NCBI GenBank assembly: GCA_029882355.1 | Contig: JAOUKV010000004.1 | Coordinates: 65,999 to 129,998 of the forward strand | Length of the DNA: 64,000 nucleotides | Reading direction: 5' to 3' | From: Gammaproteobacteria bacterium | Lineage (GTDB): Bacteria; Pseudomonadota; Gammaproteobacteria; SZUA-229 | In this document: in pieces, positions 47,943 through 57,993 of the stretch | How the letters are laid out: each line of letters starts with the position of its first letter | How positions within the stretch are numbered: position 1 is the first letter of the stretch | Notes under the pieces: generated by a model | What the model was told of the DNA's origin: nothing | What the model saw: the letters and a program-made list of their open reading frames with translations, nothing else | The model's database searches: none | Translations under genes and position numbers: made by a program

Positions 47943-47974
47943 ATAAACTTTTAGCGTCAAATAGTCTGCATAGA

Positions 47975-48847
47975 TCACAAGCTATCTAGCTGTTGTTGCA
48001 AAGGCGAGATATTCACGCCTTTGGCAATAAAATCTTTCCACGACTCAGGTATTCCTGATTTTGTCGATTTCCTCAAACTCACCTGAACTTGTTTGGCTTC
48101 GGCCTCTGTTTCAAATGCGGCAAACACCGAAGCACCCGTACCACTCATTCGAGCCTCAGCATATTTCCCGAGAATTTCTAGTGCTTCAGCTACTTTCGGA
48201 TAATGTTTTACCACAACCGGCAAACACACATTATCCCAGCCCGAGTCTGGGAGGCGGCATATTTTGATGGCTGGGCTATCTCGTGTCAATTCTAAATCAC
48301 TAAAGATTGCTGCCGTTGAGACATGAATATCGGGGGTAATCACCAAATACCAGGGTTGATCGAGTTCAATGGAGGTCAATTGCTCGCCAATGCCTTCTGC
48401 AAAAGCGGAGAATCCATGAACAAAGACCGGCACATCGGCTCCCAGTTTCAACCCTATTTCAGCCAGCTCGCCATCACTCAAACCACAAGCCCATATTCGA
48501 TTCAGTGCATGTAATGTAGTCGCCGCATCCGAACTACCTCCACCTAAACCTGCACCCATGGGTAGTTTTTTATCGAGATAAATATCAACACCCTGCAGAC
48601 AATCACATGTCTGCTGCAAAGCTTTGGCTGCTCTAACCACTAAGTCTTCTTCGGCCGGAACACCTTCAATATTTTGAACGCGCCGTATTTTGGTATCCGA
48701 CCTGAGCTCGAATCTCAACTCATCACCATAATCGAGGAACTGAAAAACAGTTTGCAGCTCGTGATACCCATCTGTGCGCTGACCGGTAATGTGCAATAAA
48801 AGATTAAGTTTGGCTGGTGCTGGCCAGATTAATGGCAAATCGGTCAT
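47975..48847 (-). CDS. ispE: 4-diphosphocytidyl-2-C-methyl-D-erythritol kinase
   Basis: 290 aa. Motifs PAKLNLLLHITGQRTDGYHEL and the GHMP motif PMGAGLGGGSSDAA. Confidence 0.95.
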   Translation of the reverse strand: MTDLPLIWPAPAKLNLLLHITGQRTDGYHELQTVFQFLDYGDELRFELRSDTKIRRVQNIEGVPAEEDLVVRAAKALQQTCDCLQGVDIYLDKKLPMGAGLGGGSSDAATTLHALNRIWACGLSDGELAEIGLKLGADVPVFVHGFSAFAEGIGEQLTSIELDQPWYLVITPDIHVSTAAIFSDLELTRDSPAIKICRLPDSGWDNVCLPVVVKHYPKVAEALEILGKYAEARMSGTGASVFAAFETEAEAKQVQVSLRKSTKSGIPESWKDFIAKGVNISPLQQQLDSL

Positions 48848-49488
48848 GAAACTATTTTATCCAACAATGTCCATTGACGAATCATCAAACGAATCTCTAG
48901 CTCAGGCTGGTCATCGCGATCAAGATAAAAAGCGTGCGGTAAAACATGTTTACCCACCTTTTTATAATCTGACATTTCTATATTCCAGCCATTCTGAACA
49001 AGTTTGTACAATTGACCTTGCTCATCCCATAACTGCTTTTGCACAGGCCGATCTGCTGTCGGTACACCCCGCAACCAGTCGTGCAAGCCGGCAAGGGGCA
49101 CACTCACACCCAAACTGGAAGCTAATAGCTCATCAGCATTGTCAGCATAACTTGCACCTTCGTTGGTTCGAAGCATCACACCATGGGCATCACCCTGAAT
49201 TAAAATGGTGCCTTGCCCCATTGCTGCAATCAAACGAATTTTGTAAGCATCATTTTCCTGCTTCCAGAAAAGATCCAGGCTGCCGCCATTGATTTTGGTT
49301 TGCATACCCAGGCGGCCAGTTAATTTCCATGAGGAAAGTTGTTGCCTTTGCGCCACGGTCTGCAACCAGTTATCTGGACTTTGGCTTGTCACCTTAGGTA
49401 GTAGGCTGCATGAGAACTGTACAGCTAAAAGCGCAACTACCACTACACCACGAAGCACTTTAAAATGGATTCCGGCCGTCCAGCTCAT
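48844..49488 (-). CDS. lolB: Outer-membrane lipoprotein LolB
   Basis: 214 aa with a signal peptide containing Cys. Conserved position between the TPR gene and ispE, with ATGA overlaps at both ends. LolB-like pattern WKLTGRLGMQT...GSLDLFWKQ. Confidence 0.8.
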   Translation of the reverse strand: MSWTAGIHFKVLRGVVVVALLAVQFSCSLLPKVTSQSPDNWLQTVAQRQQLSSWKLTGRLGMQTKINGGSLDLFWKQENDAYKIRLIAAMGQGTILIQGDAHGVMLRTNEGASYADNADELLASSLGVSVPLAGLHDWLRGVPTADRPVQKQLWDEQGQLYKLVQNGWNIEMSDYKKVGKHVLPHAFYLDRDDQPELEIRLMIRQWTLLDKIVS

Positions 49489-51239
49489 GGTTTATATTTT
49501 TTAAGCGTTTCCACCAGCACTGGATGTTTGGCATCCACTGCCAGTCCTTTCTGCCAGATTTCTCTCGCCTTATCTTTTTGGTTGGCGTGCCACAAAACCT
49601 CACCATAATGCGCGGCAATCTCAGCATCCTCCAACTTTTCAAAGGCCATGGATAACCACTTCAATGCCTCCGTCAATTCACCCAGACGGTAATTTACCCA
49701 ACCCAGACTATCCATAATAGCGGGGTCATCAGGCACTAGCTCAGCAGCTTTCTGAATATATTCTTTGGCCTCCTGGTAACGCTTAGTTTTATCCGCCAGG
49801 GTATAACCAAGTGCATTCAGGGCATCTGAATTTTTTGGCTCTATGGATAGAACCTTAAGCAGGTCTGATTCAGCAATATCTACCCGATCTACTTTCTCGG
49901 CAATTAATGCACGTGCATACAATAAGTTAATATCTTCCCGATTATGACTGAGAGCCCGACTAAACATATCAAAGGCATCTTGATATCGCTGATGGCTTCG
50001 TAATATTTCGCCCTGCACCAGATAAACGCGAACTCTTTTTGACCAATCTTCTGTTTCTTCGGCCAGAGTGTTTAACTGTTCAATGGCCTCATCGGTACGA
50101 TCCAACCGGTCAAACAGGCTAGCTATGCGGAGCTTTGCCTCGAAAACATAAGTACCATTTTCAACCTTTATGTAATGTGCAATGGCACCTTCAAATTGCT
50201 CCTTATTTTGCTTAATACGACCCAGATAGTAGTTAGCAATATTGGTCTTTTTATCGAGTTCAATTAGATGGTTCAATAGCTCAGCCGCCTCATCAAGACG
50301 TTCTGTTTCGATGTACAGCAGCGCCAGATTTAATAAGACCTCTACATTATCAGGCTGTATTTTCTGCACATGTAAATACTGTTCGCTTGCGGCCTTATAG
50401 TCCTTATCTTCGACCAGCATGTGTGCATACTGCATACGAAGCCCCACATTACCCGAATGATCTTTAAGCACCTGTTCGATAACAGCTTTGGCAGCATCGC
50501 GATTCCCCTGGGCCTGATAGATTCTTGCTTTGATCAAATAGACATCAACCAGTGAAGCATCAACCTCTAGTGTTCTATCCAACAGTGCAATCGACTTTTC
50601 GTACTGTTCTAATTCTGCGGCAAACTTGGCCTGCAGAATCAACATTTGCGGATTATCAGTTTGCACCTGATTCAGTGCTTCCAGCAAATCAAAGCTATCC
50701 TGGGCAGCAATACCATCACCCAGTAACTTCTTTACTATCATGGCCTTTTCTTTATTAGAGTCACCACCCCGCTCAAGCAGCGCCTGTACATAAGGCAAAG
50801 CTTCAGCACTTCGATGTAGATACAAATAACTCATCGCATAAATACGATCGACATCATGATCGTCTGGATCCAGCTCACGCCAACGATCAAGTAGCTCCAA
50901 TGTTTGCTCATATTTTTTATCGTACAGGGCGATATAGGCAGCGCGTGCCGCGATCCGGCTATCATTACTCTGTTTTGCAGCCTGCTGGTAAAAATTGACT
51001 GAAGTCTCCAAATCACCTGCGTTGCCAGCAAATTCAGCAGCCAGCAATTCATAAAGTAAATCTCCATCCAAAGCCTGCACTTTTGGCTCAACCACTGACT
51101 GGTCAACGGATTGCGAAGTCAGCGAGGCGCAAGCCGTGGTTAACACCATCACAGCCAATAAACCTGTTGAAATCAGGTGACGTAAAAAATCTGACATAGT
51201 GTTATGCATTCCAGGCATTTTTCTCTTCTGATTTATCAT
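49485..51239 (-). CDS. TPR-repeat (lipo)protein conserved upstream of lolB
   Basis: 584 aa in the track. Signal peptide with LTTAC, TPR repeats throughout. The exact start is uncertain (several in-frame Met codons within the first 15 codons). Confidence 0.75.
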   Translation of the reverse strand: MINQKRKMPGMHNTMSDFLRHLISTGLLAVMVLTTACASLTSQSVDQSVVEPKVQALDGDLLYELLAAEFAGNAGDLETSVNFYQQAAKQSNDSRIAARAAYIALYDKKYEQTLELLDRWRELDPDDHDVDRIYAMSYLYLHRSAEALPYVQALLERGGDSNKEKAMIVKKLLGDGIAAQDSFDLLEALNQVQTDNPQMLILQAKFAAELEQYEKSIALLDRTLEVDASLVDVYLIKARIYQAQGNRDAAKAVIEQVLKDHSGNVGLRMQYAHMLVEDKDYKAASEQYLHVQKIQPDNVEVLLNLALLYIETERLDEAAELLNHLIELDKKTNIANYYLGRIKQNKEQFEGAIAHYIKVENGTYVFEAKLRIASLFDRLDRTDEAIEQLNTLAEETEDWSKRVRVYLVQGEILRSHQRYQDAFDMFSRALSHNREDINLLYARALIAEKVDRVDIAESDLLKVLSIEPKNSDALNALGYTLADKTKRYQEAKEYIQKAAELVPDDPAIMDSLGWVNYRLGELTEALKWLSMAFEKLEDAEIAAHYGEVLWHANQKDKAREIWQKGLAVDAKHPVLVETLKKYKP

Positions 51240-51361
51240 AACGTTAAATATAACCCACTTTTAGCCAAGCTCTATCATCTCAGCTACTAAACACCGTCAA
51301 AATTGAGTAAAATTCCCCTTATCGCAAAATTATGCGTTTTCGCACCAGCAACAATTATTAT

Positions 51362-52648
51362 ATGTCCCTGAAAACATCGAGTCTGATTACCTTAGGCCTT
51401 AATCACAAGACCACACCACTCGAGTTGCGCGAACGCCTGGCCTTTACCCCACAAGCCTTACCCGATGCTTTGAGCAGTTTATACAAGCTCAAGAACATCG
51501 ACGAAGCCGCTATTGTATCAACCTGTAACCGTACCGAGCTGTATTGCGCAGTGAATAATGATGAAGACCAGTCCATCATCGATTGGTTCAGTCACTATCA
51601 CGGCCTTGAATCTTCCATGATTAAAGACCACCTGTACACCTATGACCACAAAGAAACCATTCATCACGCCATGTCAGTAACCTGTGGCCTTGATTCCATG
51701 GTGCTTGGTGAACCGCAAATTGCCGGTCAAATGAAAGATGCCTACTCCATGGCTCAACAGCATGGCACTCTGGGTCGCATGCTGGGAAAATTATTCCAGC
51801 ATTCTTTTGCTGTCGCCAAACAGGTGCGCACCGACACTGCCATTGGCTCCAGCCCGGTATCAGTTGCCTTTGCTGCCGTCAGTCTGGCTAAACAAATTTT
51901 TGGCGAACTCAATGAATCCACGGCCTTATTGATTGGTGCTGGTGAAACCATTGAACTCACCGCCCGACATTTGCACAGCAAAAATATCAAACACATAATT
52001 ATCGCCAACCGCAGTATTGAGCGAGCAGAAAATCTGGCCGCAGAATTTGATGGTGAGGCGATACGCTTACCTCAGATCGCAGATCATCTGCACCGTGCCG
52101 ACATCGTTATCGCTTCAACCGCCAGCCCACTACCTATCTTAGGCAAGGGCACGGTTGAAAGAGCGCTCAAAATTCGCAAACACCAGCCTATCTTTATGGT
52201 TGATCTGGCGGTACCGCGCGATGTCGAGCCTGAAGTTGCATCGTTGGATGATGTTTACCTTTATGCCGTTGATGATCTACAGGAAGTGATTGATGAAAAC
52301 CTGCAATCACGTCAGCAGGCAGCCGAGCAGGCTAAAGATATTATTGATGATGAAGTTCATCATTATCTGAACTGGCAACGCTCTCTGGATTCAGTCGATA
52401 TTATTTCTGAGTTACGCCACTCCACTCAAAATATGAGCCAGCAAGTACTCAACAAAGCACTCAAACAACTTGCTGCTGGCGAGTCACCGGAAAAAGCACT
52501 CGAATTTCTTGCCCATACGCTCACCAATAAATTTCTGCACAAACCTTGCATCCATATTAGAAAGGCCAGCGAAGACAATGATCATGACTTGATCAATGCG
52601 GCCAAACAACTTCTAATGAATGCTGACGATGAAAATCAGAACAAATAA
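51362..52648 (+). CDS. hemA: Glutamyl-tRNA reductase
   Basis: Start taken at ATG 51362. MSLKTSSLITLGLNHKTTPLELRE aligns with the HemA N-terminus. Motif VSTCNRTELY. Confidence 0.95.
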   Translation: MSLKTSSLITLGLNHKTTPLELRERLAFTPQALPDALSSLYKLKNIDEAAIVSTCNRTELYCAVNNDEDQSIIDWFSHYHGLESSMIKDHLYTYDHKETIHHAMSVTCGLDSMVLGEPQIAGQMKDAYSMAQQHGTLGRMLGKLFQHSFAVAKQVRTDTAIGSSPVSVAFAAVSLAKQIFGELNESTALLIGAGETIELTARHLHSKNIKHIIIANRSIERAENLAAEFDGEAIRLPQIADHLHRADIVIASTASPLPILGKGTVERALKIRKHQPIFMVDLAVPRDVEPEVASLDDVYLYAVDDLQEVIDENLQSRQQAAEQAKDIIDDEVHHYLNWQRSLDSVDIISELRHSTQNMSQQVLNKALKQLAAGESPEKALEFLAHTLTNKFLHKPCIHIRKASEDNDHDLINAAKQLLMNADDENQNK

Positions 52649-52663
52649 TTCAGGATGCCCTAA

Positions 52664-53746
52664 TTGAAAGACTCGATACTTAATAAATTAAATAACCTGA
52701 TTGATCGTCATGAAGAGGTGGCGGGGCTGATGTCAGAACCTGATGTTATGTCTGATCAAAACAAATTCAGGGATCTCTCTAAAGAGTACGCACAACTTGA
52801 ACCCGTTGTCGCTTGTTACAAAAAACATATAGCGGCTAAAAATGATCTCGCCAGCGCCGAGGAAATGCTCAAGGATAGCGATCCAGAGTTACGCGAAATG
52901 GCTCAGGAAGAAAGAAAATCTGCCTCCGAAGATATTGAAACACTAGAACTGGAGTTACAAAAATTACTACTACCGAAAGACCCTCACGATAGCAGCAATG
53001 TATTCCTGGAGGTCCGTGCAGGCACTGGTGGTGATGAAGCGGCTATTTTTGCTGGTGACTTATTTCGTATGTATTCACGTTATGCTGAGCTTAATCGCTG
53101 GCAGGTTGAAATCGTCAATCAAAGTCAGGGCGAACACGGCGGTTTCAAAGAAATTATTGCTCGCATCATTGGTGATGGTGCTTATTCAAAATTAAAATTT
53201 GAATCCGGTGCGCACCGTGTGCAACGCGTACCGGAAACCGAATCGCAAGGTCGTGTACATACATCGGCCGCCACCGTTGTCATCATGCCGGAAGTCGCTG
53301 ATGTCGAGCAAATTGAAATCAATCCTGCAGATTTACGCGTTGATACTTTCCGCGCCTCCGGCGCTGGTGGACAACACGTCAACAAAACTGATTCAGCGGT
53401 TCGTCTTACTCATATTCCTACCGGCACAGTCGTAGAATGTCAGGACGAGCGTTCACAGCACAAAAATAAAGCCCGCGCCATGTCGCTATTACAGGCGCGC
53501 ATCATGGGCGCCAAAATTGAGAAACAAAGATCAGAACAGGCACAAACACGAAAAAGTCTGGTTGGCAGCGGTGACCGATCAGAACGAATTCGTACCTATA
53601 ATTTTCCACAGGGTCGAGTCACCGATCATCGCATCAACCTGACTTTGTACAAGCTGGATGAATTTATCACTGGTGAAATGGATCAGGTTATCGATCCCTT
53701 GATCAATGAATACCAGGCCGAGCAACTCGCTTCTCTGGCAGAATAA
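52664..53746 (+). CDS. prfA: Peptide chain release factor 1
   Basis: 360 aa with PET and GGQ motifs ([16 protein letters not shown]). TTG start; see finding. Confidence 0.95.
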   Translation: MKDSILNKLNNLIDRHEEVAGLMSEPDVMSDQNKFRDLSKEYAQLEPVVACYKKHIAAKNDLASAEEMLKDSDPELREMAQEERKSASEDIETLELELQKLLLPKDPHDSSNVFLEVRAGTGGDEAAIFAGDLFRMYSRYAELNRWQVEIVNQSQGEHGGFKEIIARIIGDGAYSKLKFESGAHRVQRVPETESQGRVHTSAATVVIMPEVADVEQIEINPADLRVDTFRASGAGGQHVNKTDSAVRLTHIPTGTVVECQDERSQHKNKARAMSLLQARIMGAKIEKQRSEQAQTRKSLVGSGDRSERIRTYNFPQGRVTDHRINLTLYKLDEFITGEMDQVIDPLINEYQAEQLASLAE

Positions 53747-53751
53747 TAACA

Positions 53752-54597
53752 ATGCCCAGCATCGCCCAGGCTATTAAAGAGGCAACACAAACACTGGCTG
53801 AAACCTCGGACTCTGCCCGCCTCGATGCTGAAGTACTTTTATGCCATGTACTGAATTGCACAGCCACACATCTTATTGCCTGGCCTGAAAAACAGCTGGA
53901 TATAGAGCAGACACAAACTTTCCATCAACTGATCGAACAACGCCATGCTGGCACACCGGTGGCTTATCTCACTGGCAGCAGGGAATTCTGGTCACTAAAT
54001 TTCAAAGTCACACCGGCAACACTCATTCCCCGGCCAGAAACAGAAACCCTGGTTGAATTTGTGCTGGATAAATTTTCGGCACAAAAAAATCTGAAAATGG
54101 TCGATCTAGGAACGGGTAGCGGCGCTATCGCCATAGCCATAGCCAGTGAGCGCCCCGACTGGGAAATAATCGCTAGTGATATTTCAAAAGAAGCTCTTAG
54201 CATTGCTACAGAAAATGCCCGCATTCATCAAATAAGCAATATCCAATTCATTGAAAGCAACTGGTTCGAACAACTTGATCAACAGCGTTTCGACCTTATT
54301 ATTAGCAATCCTCCTTATATTGCTGAAAAAGATCAGCACTTATCACAGGGTGATGTCCGCTTCGAGCCGCCAGGCGCACTGAGCTCCGGTAAGACTGGCA
54401 TGGATGATATAAAACACATCACAGCACAATCTAAAAAGCATTTAAACCCGAATGGCTGGTTGGCTTTTGAGCATGGTTACGACCAAAATCAACCTGTTTC
54501 TGATTGTTTTAATCATTATGCTTTTCAGGAGGTTACCCAATTAACTGATTTATCTGGACAAGCCAGAATCTCTGCAGGTAAATATAAACACTCTTAA
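53752..54597 (+). CDS. prmC: Release-factor glutamine N5-methyltransferase
   Basis: 281 aa. SAM motif VDLGTGSGAIAI and catalytic NPPY (IISNPPYI). Confidence 0.9.
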   Translation: MPSIAQAIKEATQTLAETSDSARLDAEVLLCHVLNCTATHLIAWPEKQLDIEQTQTFHQLIEQRHAGTPVAYLTGSREFWSLNFKVTPATLIPRPETETLVEFVLDKFSAQKNLKMVDLGTGSGAIAIAIASERPDWEIIASDISKEALSIATENARIHQISNIQFIESNWFEQLDQQRFDLIISNPPYIAEKDQHLSQGDVRFEPPGALSSGKTGMDDIKHITAQSKKHLNPNGWLAFEHGYDQNQPVSDCFNHYAFQEVTQLTDLSGQARISAGKYKHS

Positions 54598-54772
54598 ATA
54601 AGTTGATTTAAGTTTTTAATTACATCTTGAATACAGAAACGCACAAAAATCATCTATAATCTTGTGTAAGTGCTCTTAGCGTTGTTAGTAGAGATTTATT
54701 TCCCCACCGACATTACAAATCCATAAATGAAAAAAAATGACTCAAAGGCCCATAACATGAGAGGTCAAGACA

Positions 54773-55312
54773 ATGTTTTATAAATGGATATCTCAACTCA
54801 CATTTTTGACTACACTATTCTGGGCATCCGCTACTCTGGCGACAAATGCAGTTAATAAGGATAGCTACCCGCTTATTACCTACGAATGCGACCCAGACAA
54901 AGACATTCTTCTTGTTACCAATGTTTTACTCAAAGATGGTAAAGAAAAGGACTTCAAATACTCAGATACTGATGGAACTTATAGCCCCTGGGATATGGTC
55001 ACAATTGAAAATAATATTATTGTTGATAGCGGCTCAATTAAAAAAGAGTGTCAGCTGAGTTCAGCAAAATATACTATTGTTCTCGAACCACAGGTTTTTA
55101 ACCCCAAATTATCTGACCAAAAACTCGATGGTTTCTGTGGTGCAACCATTTCTGCGGCCATCACCATTCTGTCCAACAATGTAGCTATCATGGAACGTAA
55201 ACCCTTTGAGTTTTACTGTAGTGGTAACACTAAAATCATTACCGGTATAAAAATAATAGGAAAAACTGGAGAAGTTAAAACCAGAGTAGTGCCCAGATAT
55301 AAATATTATTAA
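54773..55312 (+). CDS. Secreted hypothetical protein with four cysteines
   Basis: 179 aa. Signal peptide ...ASATLATNA and AT-rich coding sequence. No family recognised. Confidence 0.55.
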   Translation: MFYKWISQLTFLTTLFWASATLATNAVNKDSYPLITYECDPDKDILLVTNVLLKDGKEKDFKYSDTDGTYSPWDMVTIENNIIVDSGSIKKECQLSSAKYTIVLEPQVFNPKLSDQKLDGFCGATISAAITILSNNVAIMERKPFEFYCSGNTKIITGIKIIGKTGEVKTRVVPRYKYY

Positions 55313-55449
55313 CCAAACCCATAGAAAATCGTAACATTTTGATTTTTAATCATATTTATTTATGATCAACTTCAAATCATCAGCGACAAGCCCCTTATCT
55401 ATACACAAATTTCTTGCTATTCATTCTCATCTGACCTAGATTTGATTCC

Positions 55450-55845
55450 ATGCCTTTATGCAACGATATCACCAAAGACAGGGAGATACGTTTCACCCAC
55501 TCCCTCACCAAGTCTGATCAGGCCGAAACGGCTGCCAGGCTGCTCATGGATGTCGCAGGCATAGAACTCGCTGTTCCAGTCCGTCCCAATGTTCTTCGTG
55601 TTCGTTATGATATTCGTCAAATCACCTTACAGATGCTTGAATCTGCGCTGATCGATGTCGACTTTAAACTTCGCGACAGCCTGATAAAACGTTTTAAACA
55701 CGAGTTGATCGCCTATTGTGAAGGTGCGTTGAGATCAAGCCTGGGCATTGAAACAGACCAACAACCGCCATCCCTTTCTCTGCCACAATCTTCCAGCCAT
55801 CATAGCCTCGACCCCAGACCCGACAACTGGCGTAATTATATTTAG
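55450..55845 (+). CDS. Hypothetical protein (possible ferredoxin-fold/HMA-like N-domain without CxxC)
   Basis: 131 aa with native-looking GC content. Fold pattern VLRVRYDIRQITLQMLESALIDVDFKL and a disordered Pro/Ser tail. The assignment is weak. Confidence 0.5.
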   Translation: MPLCNDITKDREIRFTHSLTKSDQAETAARLLMDVAGIELAVPVRPNVLRVRYDIRQITLQMLESALIDVDFKLRDSLIKRFKHELIAYCEGALRSSLGIETDQQPPSLSLPQSSSHHSLDPRPDNWRNYI

Positions 55846-55895
55846 CCATAACAGAGCTGCGATTTTACAGCCATAGTTTTGCTACAATAGCGGCC

Positions 55896-56645
55896 ATGAA
55901 CGACGAGCAACTACTCCGCTACAACCGCCACATAATGCTGCCGCAAATAGGTATAGAAGGTCAGCAAAAACTCCGCGACGCACATGTTTTAATTATTGGC
56001 CTAGGCGGTTTAGGATCCCCCGCCGCCCTCTACCTGGCAACTGCGGGCATAGGCAAGCTCACTCTGGTCGATGATGACAAAGTCGAACTCAGCAATCTAC
56101 AACGCCAGATCATTCACCGTAGTCAGAACATAGGTGAAAAAAAAGTAGCATCCGCTAAAAAAAATCTGCTCGCTATTAATCATGAAATCAATATTGTCAC
56201 CTTCGACCACCGCCTGGATGAAACATCTTTAAAACTGCAAATTGCGCTGGCAGATGTGGTGCTCGATGCCTCCGATAATTTCGACACGCGCTTTGCCATC
56301 AACCGTGCCTGTGTTGAGCAAAAAAAACCACTGGTCTCGGGTGCTGCGATTCAATTTGATGGTCAAATCAGTGTCTTCGATAGTCGAAAAGAACTTTGCC
56401 CTTGTTACAGCTGCCTGTATCCAGATAAAGGCGAAGACAATCTGACTTGCAGTGAAAATGGCATACTCGCTCCCGTGGTTGGCATTATCGGCAGCATGCA
56501 GGCGCTGGAAGCCATCAAGCTCATCTGCCAGATTGGCGAGCCTCTTTATGGTCGATTATTGTTATTCGATGCATTGTCTTTACAATGGCGAACCATGAAT
56601 CTTAAAAAAGACCCCGACTGTCCAGTGTGCGGCGCAACCGCCTAA
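55896..56645 (+). CDS. moeB: Molybdopterin-synthase adenylyltransferase (ThiF/MoeB E1-like)
   Basis: 249 aa. Motifs RYNRHIMLPQIGIEGQQKL and GLGGLGSP, plus zinc CxxC pairs (CPCYSC, CPVCG). Confidence 0.85.
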   Translation: MNDEQLLRYNRHIMLPQIGIEGQQKLRDAHVLIIGLGGLGSPAALYLATAGIGKLTLVDDDKVELSNLQRQIIHRSQNIGEKKVASAKKNLLAINHEINIVTFDHRLDETSLKLQIALADVVLDASDNFDTRFAINRACVEQKKPLVSGAAIQFDGQISVFDSRKELCPCYSCLYPDKGEDNLTCSENGILAPVVGIIGSMQALEAIKLICQIGEPLYGRLLLFDALSLQWRTMNLKKDPDCPVCGATA

Positions 56646-56655
56646 ATAAAAAAAT

Positions 56656-57090
56656 ATGACAAAAGAAAACAACTTAACTCTGCTGTTCCCACGAAAACTA
56701 GCCAACAAAATTCTAACTCACGCCCAGCAGAATCCTGAGAATGAAATTTGCGGATTAATTAGCGCACAAAATAATCAGGCCAAACATTATTACCCCATAG
56801 CTAACATTGCTAGCAATAGCACAACACTATTTACCATGGACGAGCATGCGCAAATTGCAGCGATGAAAAAAATGCGCGAACAAAACGAAGAGCTACTGGC
56901 AATTGTGCATTCTCATCCGCATAGCATTGCTGAACCCTCGGCACTGGATCAGGCTCAACATCAATACCCCGACGCTTATTACCTGATTGTCTCACTCAAC
57001 ACCGTCGGTGTCTTAGAACTACGTGCCTTCAAACAAATAGGCCAACACTTCAAAGCCGTTGAACTTATTCTCGATCACCCGATTAGTTAA
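56656..57090 (+). CDS. JAB/MPN (JAMM) metalloprotease, Mec/QbsD-like
   Basis: 144 aa. Conserved Glu (ENEICG) and an intact JAMM motif HSHPHSIAEPSALD (HxHx7Sx2D). Confidence 0.85.
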   Translation: MTKENNLTLLFPRKLANKILTHAQQNPENEICGLISAQNNQAKHYYPIANIASNSTTLFTMDEHAQIAAMKKMREQNEELLAIVHSHPHSIAEPSALDQAQHQYPDAYYLIVSLNTVGVLELRAFKQIGQHFKAVELILDHPIS

Positions 57091-57189
57091 ATATTTCCGA
57101 AAATACATTAACTTATGTCAGCATCTACAAAGATCAAACTTCATGTTATATTCTAAATCTCGGATATGAACATCTAAATAAGTTAAAGA

Positions 57190-57993
57190 ATGAAACCAAA
57201 CTCGATCACCGCCGTTCTCACAGGATTACCAGGACGCTTCCTGATACAGACCAGCCTATATGTGATCAATCTAGTCACATTCAGCACATTGGCATTGCAC
57301 GATTGGTACAGCAACAACAGCATATTCAACAAAAAAAGTTACTCTTCGATGGTGGCACAGATCATCTTCACCGGTATTGATGCCCTGCCAACGATTACAT
57401 TTCTGGCCCTAGCCGCAGGTTTTGTTTTCACTTTCCGATTAATTTCTGTACTCAATTCTGTCGGTGCAGCTGACGAAATCGTCAGTCTGCTAATTAATAT
57501 TATCTGTCTGGGCATTGGCCCGTTTCTCGCTGCCATTATTTTAATCAGCCGCACCGGCTCGGCCATCGTCGTGGATATCGGCAACATGAAGTTGCACGGT
57601 GAAATCGAAGGTCTTGAAATGCTGGGCATCAATATCAACAACTACCTGATTGCACCACGCCTTATTGGCACAGCCATCTCACAGCTGGCAATCACAGTTT
57701 ATTTCACTTTTATTGCATTAGTCTTCGGCATTACCCTAAGCGGCCTATTGGTCTCAAGCAGCCATTTAGAACTACTCTTCGAAATAAGTACCGCCGTCAC
57801 ACCCTTTTTAGTCATGGTATTCGTTATCAAAAATCTGTTATTTGGTTTTGTCATCGCCGCCACCTCCTGTTATAGCGGTCTGAGTGTGCGCACATCACCA
57901 ACCGAAGTTCCTCAACAGGCCACCCGCGCTATCGTTAACAGTCTGGTTGCAATTTTTATCATTGAAGGCCTATTGGCTCTGGCCCTACTATAA
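57190..57993 (+). CDS. MlaE-family ABC transporter permease
   Basis: 267 aa. MlaE-like pattern GSAIVVDIGNMKLHGEIEGLEMLGININNYLIAPRLIG, with 5-6 TM helices. Confidence 0.85.
   Translation: MKPNSITAVLTGLPGRFLIQTSLYVINLVTFSTLALHDWYSNNSIFNKKSYSSMVAQIIFTGIDALPTITFLALAAGFVFTFRLISVLNSVGAADEIVSLLINIICLGIGPFLAAIILISRTGSAIVVDIGNMKLHGEIEGLEMLGININNYLIAPRLIGTAISQLAITVYFTFIALVFGITLSGLLVSSSHLELLFEISTAVTPFLVMVFVIKNLLFGFVIAATSCYSGLSVRTSPTEVPQQATRAIVNSLVAIFIIEGLLALALL

Noticed and set aside
48789-49292. 167-aa plus-strand ORF antisense to ispE/lolB, the longest unexplained ORF in the track.
   Set aside because: It lies entirely inside well-supported minus-strand genes. Its composition is His/Pro/Ser/Cys-rich junk-like, it has no RBS, and it fits the typical shadow of a GC-moderate coding region.
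55896-57090. Possibility that MoeB+JAB is a Bil/CBASS-type ubiquitin-like antiphage module.
   Set aside because: No E2-like, Ubl, cyclase or effector genes are adjacent. The MoeB is the standard 249-aa housekeeping form in its conserved position after hemA-prfA-prmC. Sulfur-carrier maturation is the simpler reading.
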